Shown here one piece after another: positions 12,313-23,444 of a stretch of 64,000 nucleotides of DNA; position 1 is the stretch's first letter; each line of letters starts with the position of its first letter. Where the stretch lies: NCBI GenBank assembly GCA_020184695.1, contig JAANOX010000011.1, positions 310,001 through 374,000 of the forward strand, read 5' to 3'. The translations under genes and the position numbers were made by a program. The notes under the pieces are model-generated. The model searched no databases and was not told where the DNA came from. It was given only the letters and a program-made list of their open reading frames with translations. The stretch comes from Histomonas meleagridis 2922-C6/04-290x (Eukaryota; Protista; Parabasalia).

Positions 12313-13210
12313 ATTTTTTTCATTGGCATCAATTCCTTCTTTTTCAAGAAGCAATATTACAATATTAATGTTATTTTGAGCAAATGCAATTCTGACTGCT
12401 GTATCAAATATTTTTTTGAATTTCCAAATATTATTTTAAAATATCAAATTATTAAAATAAATCCGAAATAGGATAAACAAATATCTTTAACATTAACATC
12501 AATATCTTCTTGTTCAAGAAGTAATTTAACGATTTCGATGTGACCTTTCCAAGATGCCCAAATAAGAGCTGTTCGAAATAGTTTTTATAATTTCTAAATA
12601 TTATTTTAAAATTTCAAATTAATAATATAAATACCAAATAAAACAAATAAATATTTTTAGCATTAATATCAATTCCTTCTTGTTCAAGAAGTAATTTAAC
12701 TATTTCTGTATGACCATTTTCAGATGCTTTCATAAGTGCTGTTTTAAATAATTTAAATAATTTCCAAATATCATTTAGAAATATTAAATTATTAAAATAA
12801 ATATTAAATAAAACAAATAAACATCTTTAGCATTAATATCAATTCCTTCTTGTTTAATAAGTAATTTAGTTGTTATTTTATATATTCAAATAGACACAAA
12901 AAAAATTTATAATATTTGGAAAATACTTCTTGTTTTCTGCTTCTTTGGCTAGAATTATTTCTAAATAATTAACATAAATATCATCAATAAAAATTCTTGA
13001 ACAATAAGCATAATAAATTAAATGAATTAAGATTAAATTATATGTAAACGGGAAATTTATATCAAATAAATTCATGGTTTGTTCAATTGAAGATTCTAGA
13101 TTTTCTTGTGATAAATTAAAAATAATTTGCTCAAGTTCAGACAATAATTCGATTTCTGTTGAATTATTAATTGCTTTGTTTGTGGGTTCATTTGATAATT
13201 TCCCTTGCAA
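12313..13210 (-). pseudogene. DUF3447-like/ankyrin locus with an internal deletion; ankyrin repeats separated by three 80-nt spacers
   Basis: The N-terminal fragment joins a partial repeat (KLLIKQEGIDINAKD). Spacers at 12743-12822, 12573-12652 and 12403-12482 decode to NNGK, GERR and RDGD. Confidence 0.8.
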
Positions 13211-13491
13211 AACAAAATTTAAAAAGTGGTCGCTTTTAAACGTTCTTTAAAAACCTTATTTAAAGCTGCATCATGATATAACCCCCCTAAATTATAAATA
13301 GTATTATGAAATAAAATTATTATATATAATATCTCTTTATTTTTAGTAATAGGTTTAAATCAAAGAATATGTATTGCATAATATTTATAAAAAATTTAAT
13401 CTCATTAAAATTTATTTTAATCGTTTTATTAAAGATATCATTTAAAACTTTCTTTATAAATTACAAACACAATTTATTATAAAAAATTTTT

Positions 13492-14850
13492 TTATTCAAT
13501 ATAGTTTTCTAACAACGAGTCAATATGTACCATTACTTCATCTACTTGTCTTTGGAATTCTTCACTAAATTCCTCGTTATGAAAGGCATTTTGAAGCATT
13601 CTTAGCAATTCAATGTTTTCCTGGCACATCGCTGATGTTTTCATAATCAGATCAAAAAAAATGTTTGCGAATTCTTCTCCCAACAAATCCAATTGTTCAA
13701 ACAATGTCAATACGAACTCTTCAGTCACTATCCTTTGTAATTGATAAGCTTTAGCATTTTGTGACATTCGAAGAAGTAAATCAGTCATCAGCAATTTAAC
13801 GGAAACAGGTTGCTGCCGACAAATTAAAGTAAAGTTAATGTTAGAGATCTCGTCAAGAAGCAAAAAATAATATTCGGTAGTGTTAAGAACCCACTTTAAA
13901 AAAAAATCTAATGAATTCCCAACAATTAATGTTGACCTGGAACAATTAATTAATTCACGTACTTCAGTAATAGTATGGAAATTTACCATACCTTTTAACG
14001 CTTTGTCTTTGTAAAAACATAAGTTGACAAGAATTTCGATAGTAGCAATTTGAAGGGCTTCGTTCGGAATTGTGAGGAACGATGTGAAATCCTCGAGCAA
14101 ACTTGTTTCAGAAATGTCCTCGAGAAGTACGTATGAAGAAATATCATAACCATTTGTAAGGAGCTTGTTAAGTCCTTTAATTCCATTAATTTCCTGAATG
14201 ATGTGGAGTGATCTGATAAAATTAATAAGAATATTGATAATTTTTTCTGGAAAATGATTGGGATAAGAAGGACTCACTGTCATTAAATAAATAATTTCGG
14301 ATGTTTCATCTATGTATTGCTCTTCTTCAATGATGAGAAGTAAAATGCGATAACAATTGCTCGAATAAAAGGCATTTCGAATTTGTATATTATCTTGAGG
14401 AGCAGAAGACTTAAAGATTTCGATAATTACACGAAGTGATTTTTGACACCTTTCACCAGGCATTTTTATATATTGTTCAATTACTTCAAAAAAATCTTCT
14501 TCAAGAAGATTTTTTGTAATATCTGGAATCAAGTGAAGAAATCTAGTGAAAGTTATTATAGCAAAATCGAAAAAATTTGGATCTTTTAAAAGAAGAACTA
14601 ATTTCGAAAAATGATTAGGATCAAAATAATTATATATTTTTTCATTATATTTATCAATGGCAAGATTTATTTTGTCTAAAATAGGCGGTTGTTGTTCATT
14701 TGGTAAGATTAAAAAATTGTAAAATAAATCTGTTAAATATTTATCATAATCTTCTTGAATTATCCCACTTTCTGCAGAAGGTATCTTTATTGGAAAGATA
14801 TCGGCAAAAAGAAAATCTGTTTTTTGTCTTGGAGTAACTTTGTACTCCAT
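13492..14850 (-). CDS. Hypothetical ARM-repeat-like protein (452 aa)
   Basis: Intact ORF with helical Leu/Ile-rich periodicity; no specific motif recognised. Confidence 0.7.
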   Translation of the reverse strand: MEYKVTPRQKTDFLFADIFPIKIPSAESGIIQEDYDKYLTDLFYNFLILPNEQQPPILDKINLAIDKYNEKIYNYFDPNHFSKLVLLLKDPNFFDFAIITFTRFLHLIPDITKNLLEEDFFEVIEQYIKMPGERCQKSLRVIIEIFKSSAPQDNIQIRNAFYSSNCYRILLLIIEEEQYIDETSEIIYLMTVSPSYPNHFPEKIINILINFIRSLHIIQEINGIKGLNKLLTNGYDISSYVLLEDISETSLLEDFTSFLTIPNEALQIATIEILVNLCFYKDKALKGMVNFHTITEVRELINCSRSTLIVGNSLDFFLKWVLNTTEYYFLLLDEISNINFTLICRQQPVSVKLLMTDLLLRMSQNAKAYQLQRIVTEEFVLTLFEQLDLLGEEFANIFFDLIMKTSAMCQENIELLRMLQNAFHNEEFSEEFQRQVDEVMVHIDSLLENYIE

Positions 14851-14943
14851 ACAAAGCAGACTGTATGTAAATCATTCAAATAGGAATAAACAACAGAAAA
14901 AGTTAGGGAGCTCGTTTACTAATTAGTACCAACACACCAAAGT

Positions 14944-15537
14944 TCACCACTGTGCTCCGTAACCTTGAAACGGCATTCCATAATGCGGCATTTGAGGGTA
15001 CATAACATTTTGTGGAGGAAATCCTTGATAATTATAATATTCAGGAAATTGTGGGTCGAATTGAGGCTCTGGTGAAGGAGATGCTTGGTTTTCATATTCA
15101 TCATCACTCTTCTTATCTTCCCATCTATGGTATCTCCAATAGTGTGGTTTAGAATAAACCATTCTACGAAGATACATTTTCCTAGTGCTTGGAATGGTCC
15201 AGGCTTCAAATGCTGGCCTATACTTGAACCAATATTGTGGTGGTCGCTGCTCTTGTTGAGTGTCTTCACTGGAAGATGGTTTTTCATCTTTCTTATGTTC
15301 TTCTTTTTTCTTTTGGTGAGAAGCCTTGCGCCTATTTCTTCTTATCCTCTTTTTAATAAGTTCATCAAGCTCGTCTCTCATTCTTATAAGAACTTTATCA
15401 TAATATTCTTCTTCATCAGATGAACTTTCAGAAAACGAACTGGAAGAGCTTTCACTGCTGCTTTGATCACTATCAATTTCGATTACTTTTGGGTTCTCAC
15501 CCTCATTGTCATTGATTTCCTCATAATATTCATCCAT
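14944..15537 (-). CDS. Low-complexity protein (acidic/Ser-rich, basic NLS-like, Pro/Gln/Tyr-rich tail), 197 aa
   Basis: First ATG (MDEYYEE) is preceded by Inr-like TCACATTTCA; the ORF track start is a non-ATG codon. Confidence 0.7.
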   Translation of the reverse strand: MDEYYEEINDNEGENPKVIEIDSDQSSSESSSSSFSESSSDEEEYYDKVLIRMRDELDELIKKRIRRNRRKASHQKKKEEHKKDEKPSSSEDTQQEQRPPQYWFKYRPAFEAWTIPSTRKMYLRRMVYSKPHYWRYHRWEDKKSDDEYENQASPSPEPQFDPQFPEYYNYQGFPPQNVMYPQMPHYGMPFQGYGAQW

Positions 15538-15992
15538 TGGATTTGAAATGTGAAGTGAATGCCAAATTCTTGGTAAATAACCGTCAAATTTCACGTCTTC
15601 ACAATTTTGAATGCTTCTTTTGTGCTCGATATGATCTGGTAGTAAACGGTCGTTACTTATGAAGAAGTAAAAACAAAAAAATTTTAGTTAACTTTAAATT
15701 ACAATATATATATATATATATATAACCTCAAAAGGTCTAAATGTATTATTTGATGGATTGATAACTTGTTCTTATCTTCAAGTAAGAAAATTTAAAATTT
15801 TAAATGATTTTCAATGATAAGATATCACATGATTTCCCAAAAATGCAAACCCATTATTTTGTTTAATTTCTTTATAATACTTAAAATTATAGAAATAGAC
15901 CTCAGGTTGTAAATTCGGTTTTTTTTGTTTTCACATTTTTAAAATAAAACTTTTTTGAAAAGTTTATATGCCACTTTTTTCACAAATAACAT

Positions 15993-16958
15993 TTATTGGA
16001 TATTACACTTACTTTCAGGTTCTGCTTCAGTCATGTATGGCATAAGGCTCAGCAGGAACCCAGTTGGATCGTTGTTACCACCAGGCTGTGCATTTTGTAC
16101 CTTTATTCCTTGCCATTGGTAAAGGTATTGATTCTTAACTATGTTCTTAGCGAGAGCACGGTGTAAAAGTTGATAATTGGGCTCATCAGCAAAGCCTAAA
16201 GATTCTACGTGATTTGCAAACTCTACGAATCCGGGTCCAAGAGGTTTGCATAAAACTGATAATTTATGTTGTTTCTTTATATTGCCGATTTCCTGAATTC
16301 CTTGAGTTGACATCCACGGAAGGCGATATTTGGAAATGGAAAGAATTGAGTAAATAAGTGATATCAAATCATCTCTGCGTGAGAGATCAACTTGGTTATG
16401 TGAATTGACTGATGCATAAACAGGAGAGCCTCCTCCACTTGGATGTCCGCGAGCCTCAATGTGCTGGCCATTCTGATTAAGATATAATTTGGATATGCCA
16501 AAATCAAGAAGACATATAGCAACATTACCATTCAATCGAACAACAAAGTTTTGAGGTTTGATATCGCGGTGAACATAACCATGTTTATGAACTGCTTCAA
16601 TGCAATACAGCATCTCGTCGGCAAGTTTAGCAATGTAGCAGTCTTCAAAATATTGACCTGGTAAATGTTCAGTAATTTTGAAGAGGTTGGGCCCGAGAAG
16701 TTCCTCTACAAGAAATCTTTTTGTTTCATCAGAACCATCAAATACATATTTGGGAAATCGCTCAGAATTTGCCAACCTCTTTAGAACACCTATTTCGAAT
16801 GCTAGTGTAGCCCTTTTAGCTTGTAATGGTTCGATTTTCATTGCATAATATTTATCGTCTTCTGTTGACTTTACTTTCCAGATGGAACCAAACCCTCCAT
16901 TTCCAATTTCTTCTCTTAATGAAAAAAATCCAACAGTTTGTCCCTTTTTGAGCTCCAT
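15993..16958 (-). CDS. Casein kinase 1 family kinase
   Basis: IGNGGFG, YAMKIE, ELLGPNL, HRDIKPQN, LLDFGISK, YASVNSH, SRRDDL. Confidence 0.93.
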   Translation of the reverse strand: MELKKGQTVGFFSLREEIGNGGFGSIWKVKSTEDDKYYAMKIEPLQAKRATLAFEIGVLKRLANSERFPKYVFDGSDETKRFLVEELLGPNLFKITEHLPGQYFEDCYIAKLADEMLYCIEAVHKHGYVHRDIKPQNFVVRLNGNVAICLLDFGISKLYLNQNGQHIEARGHPSGGGSPVYASVNSHNQVDLSRRDDLISLIYSILSISKYRLPWMSTQGIQEIGNIKKQHKLSVLCKPLGPGFVEFANHVESLGFADEPNYQLLHRALAKNIVKNQYLYQWQGIKVQNAQPGGNNDPTGFLLSLMPYMTEAEPESKCNIQ

Positions 16959-17364
16959 TTTGACTTTTAGAGAAAATATAAAAGTGCCGGTAAAAACCGT
17001 TTAAATACATCGTTCTTTGAATTGTCACCGTTTTTAATTTTCAGTGATATTTTACGGTTATTTTTCCCTCCAAAATGGTTACAACAAATCTCAATAACCC
17101 CTGTTATTCATTCAATTACTGTGATGATTTTGGTAAAATGATTTGATATCCATCAAGAAAGTAATAGCATATATGAATTTTGATCCCAAGAGATACGAAA
17201 ATCAATGCCAAAATAAAAGAGAAAAAATAAAACGATTACCCTGAAGCTAAAGGCGGTGACTAAATGATTTAATAGAGCGACAGCAAAGAATTATATTCAT
17301 GCTTTTTACTGGATGTTTCTTTCAGAAGGTTTTATCGTCATCATCCAGATAACGTTTAAAATTT

Positions 17365-18141
17365 ATGATGGTTTTGGTTTCTTTGTTCCTGGCCATCCTT
17401 GGCTTTATATTCGGAATCATCATATTCATTTTTATTTATCTTGCTTTAGGTTTTAGGTTTACAAGTAAGAATCATTGCCATAAAATTAATCCTTATTATT
17501 CTAATAATTTAAAAAGTGATAAAAATCTATCATTAATTTGGTTAAACAGATTACTTTGGAGAGCTTATCCTCGTTTTATAAGTAGAAAAGCGTTAGAAAG
17601 TAAATTGATCCAAATATTCTCCGAAATTCCAAATGGAGTTCAAGCAATTCAAAAAATGGAACTTAACAATTTTAAATTCCATTCAATGCCACCATCAATG
17701 CGCACAATACAAATGGTTGAAGATGGATTCACTTTTCAAATTGATTATGAACCAAATCTTATCATTGACGCAACCACAGAAGTTCAAATCCCATACATTT
17801 CACCGGTGTCTCTCCAGGTTCAATTTGAGCTCCACCAATTTCAAGGTGATTTTCAAATATTAATTACAAAAGATGGAATCATACAGATGAGTTGCTTGGA
17901 TTCCACACATCTGAACTTTGATATAAAAACATCAATTGTTAGTACAATATCAATTGGTAAAGAATTACTCGAAAGCGTTTGGAATAAGCTTAAACAGTGG
18001 GTCAACGCTTATATCCACCAAGTCATTGTATACTTTGTTATAGAGGATATAATAAACTTCATATATGAATCGAGTTCATCAGGTTTCGGAAAACTTGTTC
18101 ATGTTAGTATGAAAAATAGAGGAAAAAAATTCACCATTTAG
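17365..18141 (+). CDS. N-terminally anchored SMP/TULIP-like lipid-transfer protein
   Basis: N-terminal TM segment, then WLNRLLWRAYP and beta-rich segments typical of SMP domains. Confidence 0.6.
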   Translation: MMVLVSLFLAILGFIFGIIIFIFIYLALGFRFTSKNHCHKINPYYSNNLKSDKNLSLIWLNRLLWRAYPRFISRKALESKLIQIFSEIPNGVQAIQKMELNNFKFHSMPPSMRTIQMVEDGFTFQIDYEPNLIIDATTEVQIPYISPVSLQVQFELHQFQGDFQILITKDGIIQMSCLDSTHLNFDIKTSIVSTISIGKELLESVWNKLKQWVNAYIHQVIVYFVIEDIINFIYESSSSGFGKLVHVSMKNRGKKFTI

Positions 18142-18327
18142 AGAAAAAAATTGTTAATAAAATTGTTTATGATTTTTATCATTGAGTTTGACAAGTAATA
18201 TCTTTATAAAGGAAACAAAAAACAACGATAGCTTGTTTTCAATGGCATTTTAACGTAAACTGCTGGTTCTAGAACCATTGAAAATTCAAATGTTTATTGG
18301 AGGTTATTCTCTTCACGCCACGTCCAC

Positions 18328-19413
18328 ATGAAGAAGGTGACAAAAAAGGAACGAAAAACATTCGAACCAGGGACAATTGTACAAGGATATGAAATTATTA
18401 AGTTAGTTGGACAAGGAAGTTACGGTGATATATATCATGTTAAAAAACAAAATACTGATTTTTCTTGTGCCTTAAAAGTTGAATACACTCTAAGTATCAA
18501 AAAGGCTCTAGCAAAAGAATATAATTTTTTTAAGCAGTTGAACAACTTACCATATTTTCCTGCTTTTTATGAATACAAAGAAGCTATTAACTTGAAATGT
18601 CTTGCAATGGAACTCCTAGGACCATCACTTACAGACGTACGTAAAATACTTCCTAACAAATCATATTCTATTTCAAGTACAATCAGACTTGGTATCGAAA
18701 TACTTCGCGCCCTGGAAGCATTCCACTCCCTAGGCTTCATTCACAGAGATGTTAAACCATCTCAAGTTCTAATTCGACCAAATCGTTCTCATCCGATAGC
18801 TCTCATAGATTTCGGTCTTAGCAGAAGGTATCTCACTGATGAAGGTGAATATGTTTCACCAAGGAATCGTCCAGGTTATGTTGGAACTGCTAGATATGCA
18901 TCACTTAATGCACAAAGAGGAAAAGAACAAGGTCGACGTGATGACTTATTCAGTTGGTTTTTCTCTCTTCTCGAGTTATATACCGGAGAGTTTCCATGGG
19001 CTGTCTCCAAAGAGCGGAAAGAAATTTTTCGAGCCAAACTTAATGCAGATATCCATTCCTTCTTGGTAGAGAAAGGTTTTCCGGAACAATTCTGGGTTAT
19101 ATATAGGCTTATAAAGTCTCTCCGAGTTAAGGATGAGCCTAACTATAAGTTGATTTACGCGTATTTGATGGATGCGCTGAAAAGTGTCAACGGTTCTATG
19201 GACGATGGATACGAATGGGAAAGTTTACCGCCCGAAGAAATGGCGAAATTATCAGAAATAAACTTGATCCCTGGGCCAGAGGCTGGTCAGCCACTGCCTC
19301 CAACTGACTTACCTCGACTTTTGGAAAAAGAAGAAATTGATGATTTGCAAACAGAGTTTTCATCAGATGAGCTGAATTTTGTAGATAAGATGAACCAATG
19401 TGCAGGGTTTTAA
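18328..19413 (+). CDS. CK1/TTBK family kinase with an atypical catalytic loop (HRDVKPSQ)
   Basis: GQGSYG, CALKVE, MELLGPSL, HRDVKPSQ, IDFGLSR, GTARYAS, GRRDDL. Confidence 0.9.
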   Translation: MKKVTKKERKTFEPGTIVQGYEIIKLVGQGSYGDIYHVKKQNTDFSCALKVEYTLSIKKALAKEYNFFKQLNNLPYFPAFYEYKEAINLKCLAMELLGPSLTDVRKILPNKSYSISSTIRLGIEILRALEAFHSLGFIHRDVKPSQVLIRPNRSHPIALIDFGLSRRYLTDEGEYVSPRNRPGYVGTARYASLNAQRGKEQGRRDDLFSWFFSLLELYTGEFPWAVSKERKEIFRAKLNADIHSFLVEKGFPEQFWVIYRLIKSLRVKDEPNYKLIYAYLMDALKSVNGSMDDGYEWESLPPEEMAKLSEINLIPGPEAGQPLPPTDLPRLLEKEEIDDLQTEFSSDELNFVDKMNQCAGF

Positions 19414-19843
19414 ACAAGATACAAAGGTGTTTGTAAAATTATTGTTCTAATTTCGTTTTTAAATGAAACACATTATTATTTAATAAGTAAGAAAATTCTC
19501 TTGTCAATAGAAAAAATTGTCATAAGTAATATGGTAGAGTATAAAAACTTCGATCATTGTGAAAAAATAGAAAAGATTTCGATTTTAAAATGAAATTTCG
19601 TGTATAAATAAGACACTGTCAACCAACTTTCCCTATTATAGATTTCTTTTTAATTTTAAAATTATTTGTAATGTATTTGGTTGACAGCGTCTTGTGTAAG
19701 TGGGGTTTTAACATTTGAATTTTTTATTTTAAAAACAAAGATTCACAATAATTTTAAGAGAAATATTACGGATATAAATGATATTTCATTCCAATTAATG
19801 TTAAAAAATTAATAATATTATTTTTTATTAAAATATTTTTTTT

Positions 19844-21500
19844 CTACTTAGTTTTAAGTAAATTGACAATATCTGTAAAACCTTGTGATGTTGCATAAAT
19901 CAAAGCATCGTTAAATAATTTTAGGGAATACCGAATATTTCTTTGGAATTCTAAATTTTCTAAATATAATGTAAATAAAAAAAACAAGCATCTACAACAT
20001 CAATTTTAATACGTTTTTGTTCAATAAGTAATTTGACTGCTTCTGTATTGCCAGCTAAGGAAGCCCAAATAAGTGCCGTTTTAAATATAGAAAATAATTT
20101 CCAGATACTATTTTGAAACATAAAATGATTAATACAAACATTAAACACAATAAATAAAAATCTTCTTTGTTAATATCTATTCCTTTATGTTCAAGAAGTA
20201 ATTTAACAATATCTGTATGTACAAATTGAGCTGCAAACATAAGAGCTGTTCTATTTAATTCGAATAATTTCCAAATATTTTCTATAAATATCAAATTAAC
20301 AAATCAAATTCGGAAATAAACATAAAAACATCTTTAAGATTTACATTAATTTTCTTTTGTTTAAAAAGTAATTTCACAATTTCTACATGTCCTTTTTTAG
20401 ATGCTTTCATTAATGGAGTGTGAAATAATATAAATTATTTCCAAATATTCATTTAAAATAAAATATTATTGAAATTAACTCTATTATAAATAAATAAATG
20501 GTTTTTGAGTTAACATTAATTCCTCCATACTCAAGAATTAATTCAGCAATTTCAGTTAGACCTCTTTGAGATGCAATACTAACGGCTGTACTAAATAATT
20601 TCAATAATTTCCAAATATTAGTTTGAATTTTTAATTATTTTATATAAAAAATAAATAATAAAAATAAATAGTTTTATGATTTAAATTGATTTTTTGGTTC
20701 ATGAAAATTTTTGCTATATCACTATGATTATTTTTCAAGGCTAAAAGAAATGCATTACTGAATAAATTATATAAAATCCAAATAATATTTAGAAACATCA
20801 AATTATGAAAACAAATAGGATAAAAAACATATTAAACACATGTGATATTAATATCAATTCCTTCTTGTTCAAGAAGTAATTTAACTATTTCTGTATAACC
20901 ATTTTTAGATGCTTCCATAAGTGCTGTATAAAATAATTTAAATAATTTTTAAATATTATTTTGAAACAAAAAATTATTAAAAGAAATATTAAATATAATG
21001 AATAAATATCTTTAGCATTTACAGCAATTCCTTCTTGTTCAAGAAGTAATTTAACGATTTCTATATAACCTCCTTTAGATGCATATATTAGTGCAGAGCT
21101 AATAAATTAATATTAATTCCAAACATTATAATCACATATCAAGTTAATGACAAAAAAATTATCTTTAATATTTACATCAATTCCTTCATGTTCAAGAAGT
21201 ATTTTAACTATGTCAGTAAAACCTTTCCAAGATGCAAAAATTAATGCAGTTTTATATAATAATAAATAACACCAAAAATCAAAAAGAAATATTAAATTTT
21301 TTAATCAAACTTTAAATAAATATAATAAAAATTTTTTTCATTTACATCAAAATCAGCTTTTTCAAGATATTTAAAGATATCATTCCGATAAAATTCAGTT
21401 TCTACTTCACATGAACGCGAAATCAATAATTTCAAGATTTCCTCCTGCAACAGCAAAAGGCCTGAACATTTTATAGCAGGATTATTTAACATTAAGTATT
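19844..21500 (-). pseudogene. Ankyrin locus with a decayed DUF3447-like 5' part and nine spacer-separated repeats
   Basis: Spacers of 80, 63, 80, 81, 80, 80, 80, 80 and 80 nt. Loops decoded from the eight non-81-nt spacers: KNGK, NDGS, NFKY, IKGS, RFGH, RDGR, NYGK, TRGN. Stop at 19844. Confidence 0.8.
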
Positions 21501-21780
21501 TAAAACGTTTGATTAACCAAAGAATGCTGCATAATATGTTAAAAAAACATTATAGTCAAAAATTGAACTTCTTTCATAAGTAGAAAAATGAATTACTTGA
21601 TTAAAATCAATGTTTGTGATGATATTTTTTGAAGTTTTTTTTATGTTTCTAGGTTTAAAACTACTAGCAAACATTTTGAGTTTGTATTATAACATTTTTC
21701 AATTAGCGTTTTTATATACAGCAATCATGGTTCTAAAGTTTAAAATAAAAAAAGCAATATGTTAAATTTTAATTTTTCAA

Positions 21781-23007
21781 ATGCTCTTCCTTTATATTTC
21801 AGCATTGTTTATTCAACATAAAATTATATTTTCTGGTGGAGATCAAAATGCACTTAAAGAAGCTGGTAAATTCTCAGAACTTTTTGAAAAAGAATGTATT
21901 AGGACATCGAACCCAAATAAAGATAAATGTGAAATACTGAAAACGATTGCTAAAGAATTTCGTGCATCAACTAAATTCCTACCCTTCTTTGATATAAATG
22001 ATTTATATAAAGAACTTTCAGGTGTTGAATCTGCCATCATATTTGTTGGAGATGATAACAAAGATTCTCTAATTGATCTTTCTAAGATTTCAGGCACTAA
22101 AATTGCAATAAAAGGCTTAAGTGGTGTTGATAATATTTATGTTAAAGGTGGTGATTTCTCAAAAGATATTCCTGTGATTGTTTTTGATGCTAATAATATT
22201 GTTTTTGATAGTGATTTTATCGGAGACACAATTTTTATTAAATCATTTGAAGGTGGAAATATAAAAGCAAATCGTGCCATTATTCCAAAAACAATAGATA
22301 ACAAAGTTGAAGCAAATCAAAAACAAATTTATATTGATTCTGCTACTCTAAATATTAAAATAGAATCCACAGAAGGGTGTGTTAATGATATTTGTTCTAA
22401 TTACCCTTCAGATTTTGTTATAAATCCATATATTTTGGGCTTAACAGAAATAAATACATTATTACAAGAACCTAGTGCTAAAACATCAACAATTTCAATT
22501 TTTTTTGAGAATCCATTTCAAAGTCTTTATAATAACTTCTTTAAAAATTTCAATCTTGAAGGTCATTTCGATATAAAAAGTTTTGTGCAAGGAAAACCAC
22601 TTCCCGAAATTAAGTTCATATATGATACTAATAATTGGGATCAAGCAAATATCAAAATAGATATTATAACTTCACCAAAAACCACAAAGCTTATTAATTT
22701 GAAATCTCTTCTTCAAAAAATTAAAGGCAAGCGCAAAATTGATAAAGTTTTTGAAATAGGACCTCAGGAACCAGATGAACCACAAGAATCTGATGAACCA
22801 CAACAATCAGATGAAACAAAACATGAAAATCCTCCAAGCTCTGAATATTCAGATAATACTACAATTCCAAATCGAATTAATGAAAAAAGCAACAAAGTAA
22901 TTCTGATAATCGTTGTGATTATTTCTTTAATGGTAATAATTGGAATCATAGGGATATTACTCTATTCAAAGCTTAACACAAAAAAAATCTCAATAGAGTA
23001 TATATAG
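21781..23007 (+). CDS. Type I membrane protein (signal peptide, acidic Pro/Gln/Glu stalk, TM)
   Basis: Hydrophobic N-terminus, PQEPDEPQESDEPQQSDE repeats, C-terminal TM VILIIVVIISLMVIIGIIGILLY. Confidence 0.75.
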   Translation: MLFLYISALFIQHKIIFSGGDQNALKEAGKFSELFEKECIRTSNPNKDKCEILKTIAKEFRASTKFLPFFDINDLYKELSGVESAIIFVGDDNKDSLIDLSKISGTKIAIKGLSGVDNIYVKGGDFSKDIPVIVFDANNIVFDSDFIGDTIFIKSFEGGNIKANRAIIPKTIDNKVEANQKQIYIDSATLNIKIESTEGCVNDICSNYPSDFVINPYILGLTEINTLLQEPSAKTSTISIFFENPFQSLYNNFFKNFNLEGHFDIKSFVQGKPLPEIKFIYDTNNWDQANIKIDIITSPKTTKLINLKSLLQKIKGKRKIDKVFEIGPQEPDEPQESDEPQQSDETKHENPPSSEYSDNTTIPNRINEKSNKVILIIVVIISLMVIIGIIGILLYSKLNTKKISIEYI

Positions 23008-23444
23008 AAAAGAATTAGATTGGTTTTTCTAATGAAAGAACTAGCAAAATTCCAATAAATTCATAATAATAAAAAACACCTAAAATATGAATTCCTTTTA
23101 TTTTTTTATAAGAATGAACATATGTATCTGAAGAAACGTTTCTTGTATTTAATGAAAAAAATTCAGTCTTTATGTCCTGTTTAAATTTATTTCCAACCAT
23201 CAAAGAAAAACAAAGTTAATAAAGATCTTATTTCCAATGTTTTAAATATAAGGAATTCGATAATAAAAAAATTCATTTTTTGAAGAATCATATGGAACTA
23301 CAAAAGAATATTTATATACTTTAGTTTAATATTATAAAAGACATGAAGTATCAATCGGTGCACTGTAAACTGATGAATTATTTTGGGAGTACCACAAAAA
23401 ACCGAAAAACTCATACCAAAAGTGATACATTTCCATCCTGCAGG

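Noticed and set aside
15704-15724. (AT)n microsatellite
   Set aside because: An ordinary short tandem repeat in AT-rich intergenic DNA.
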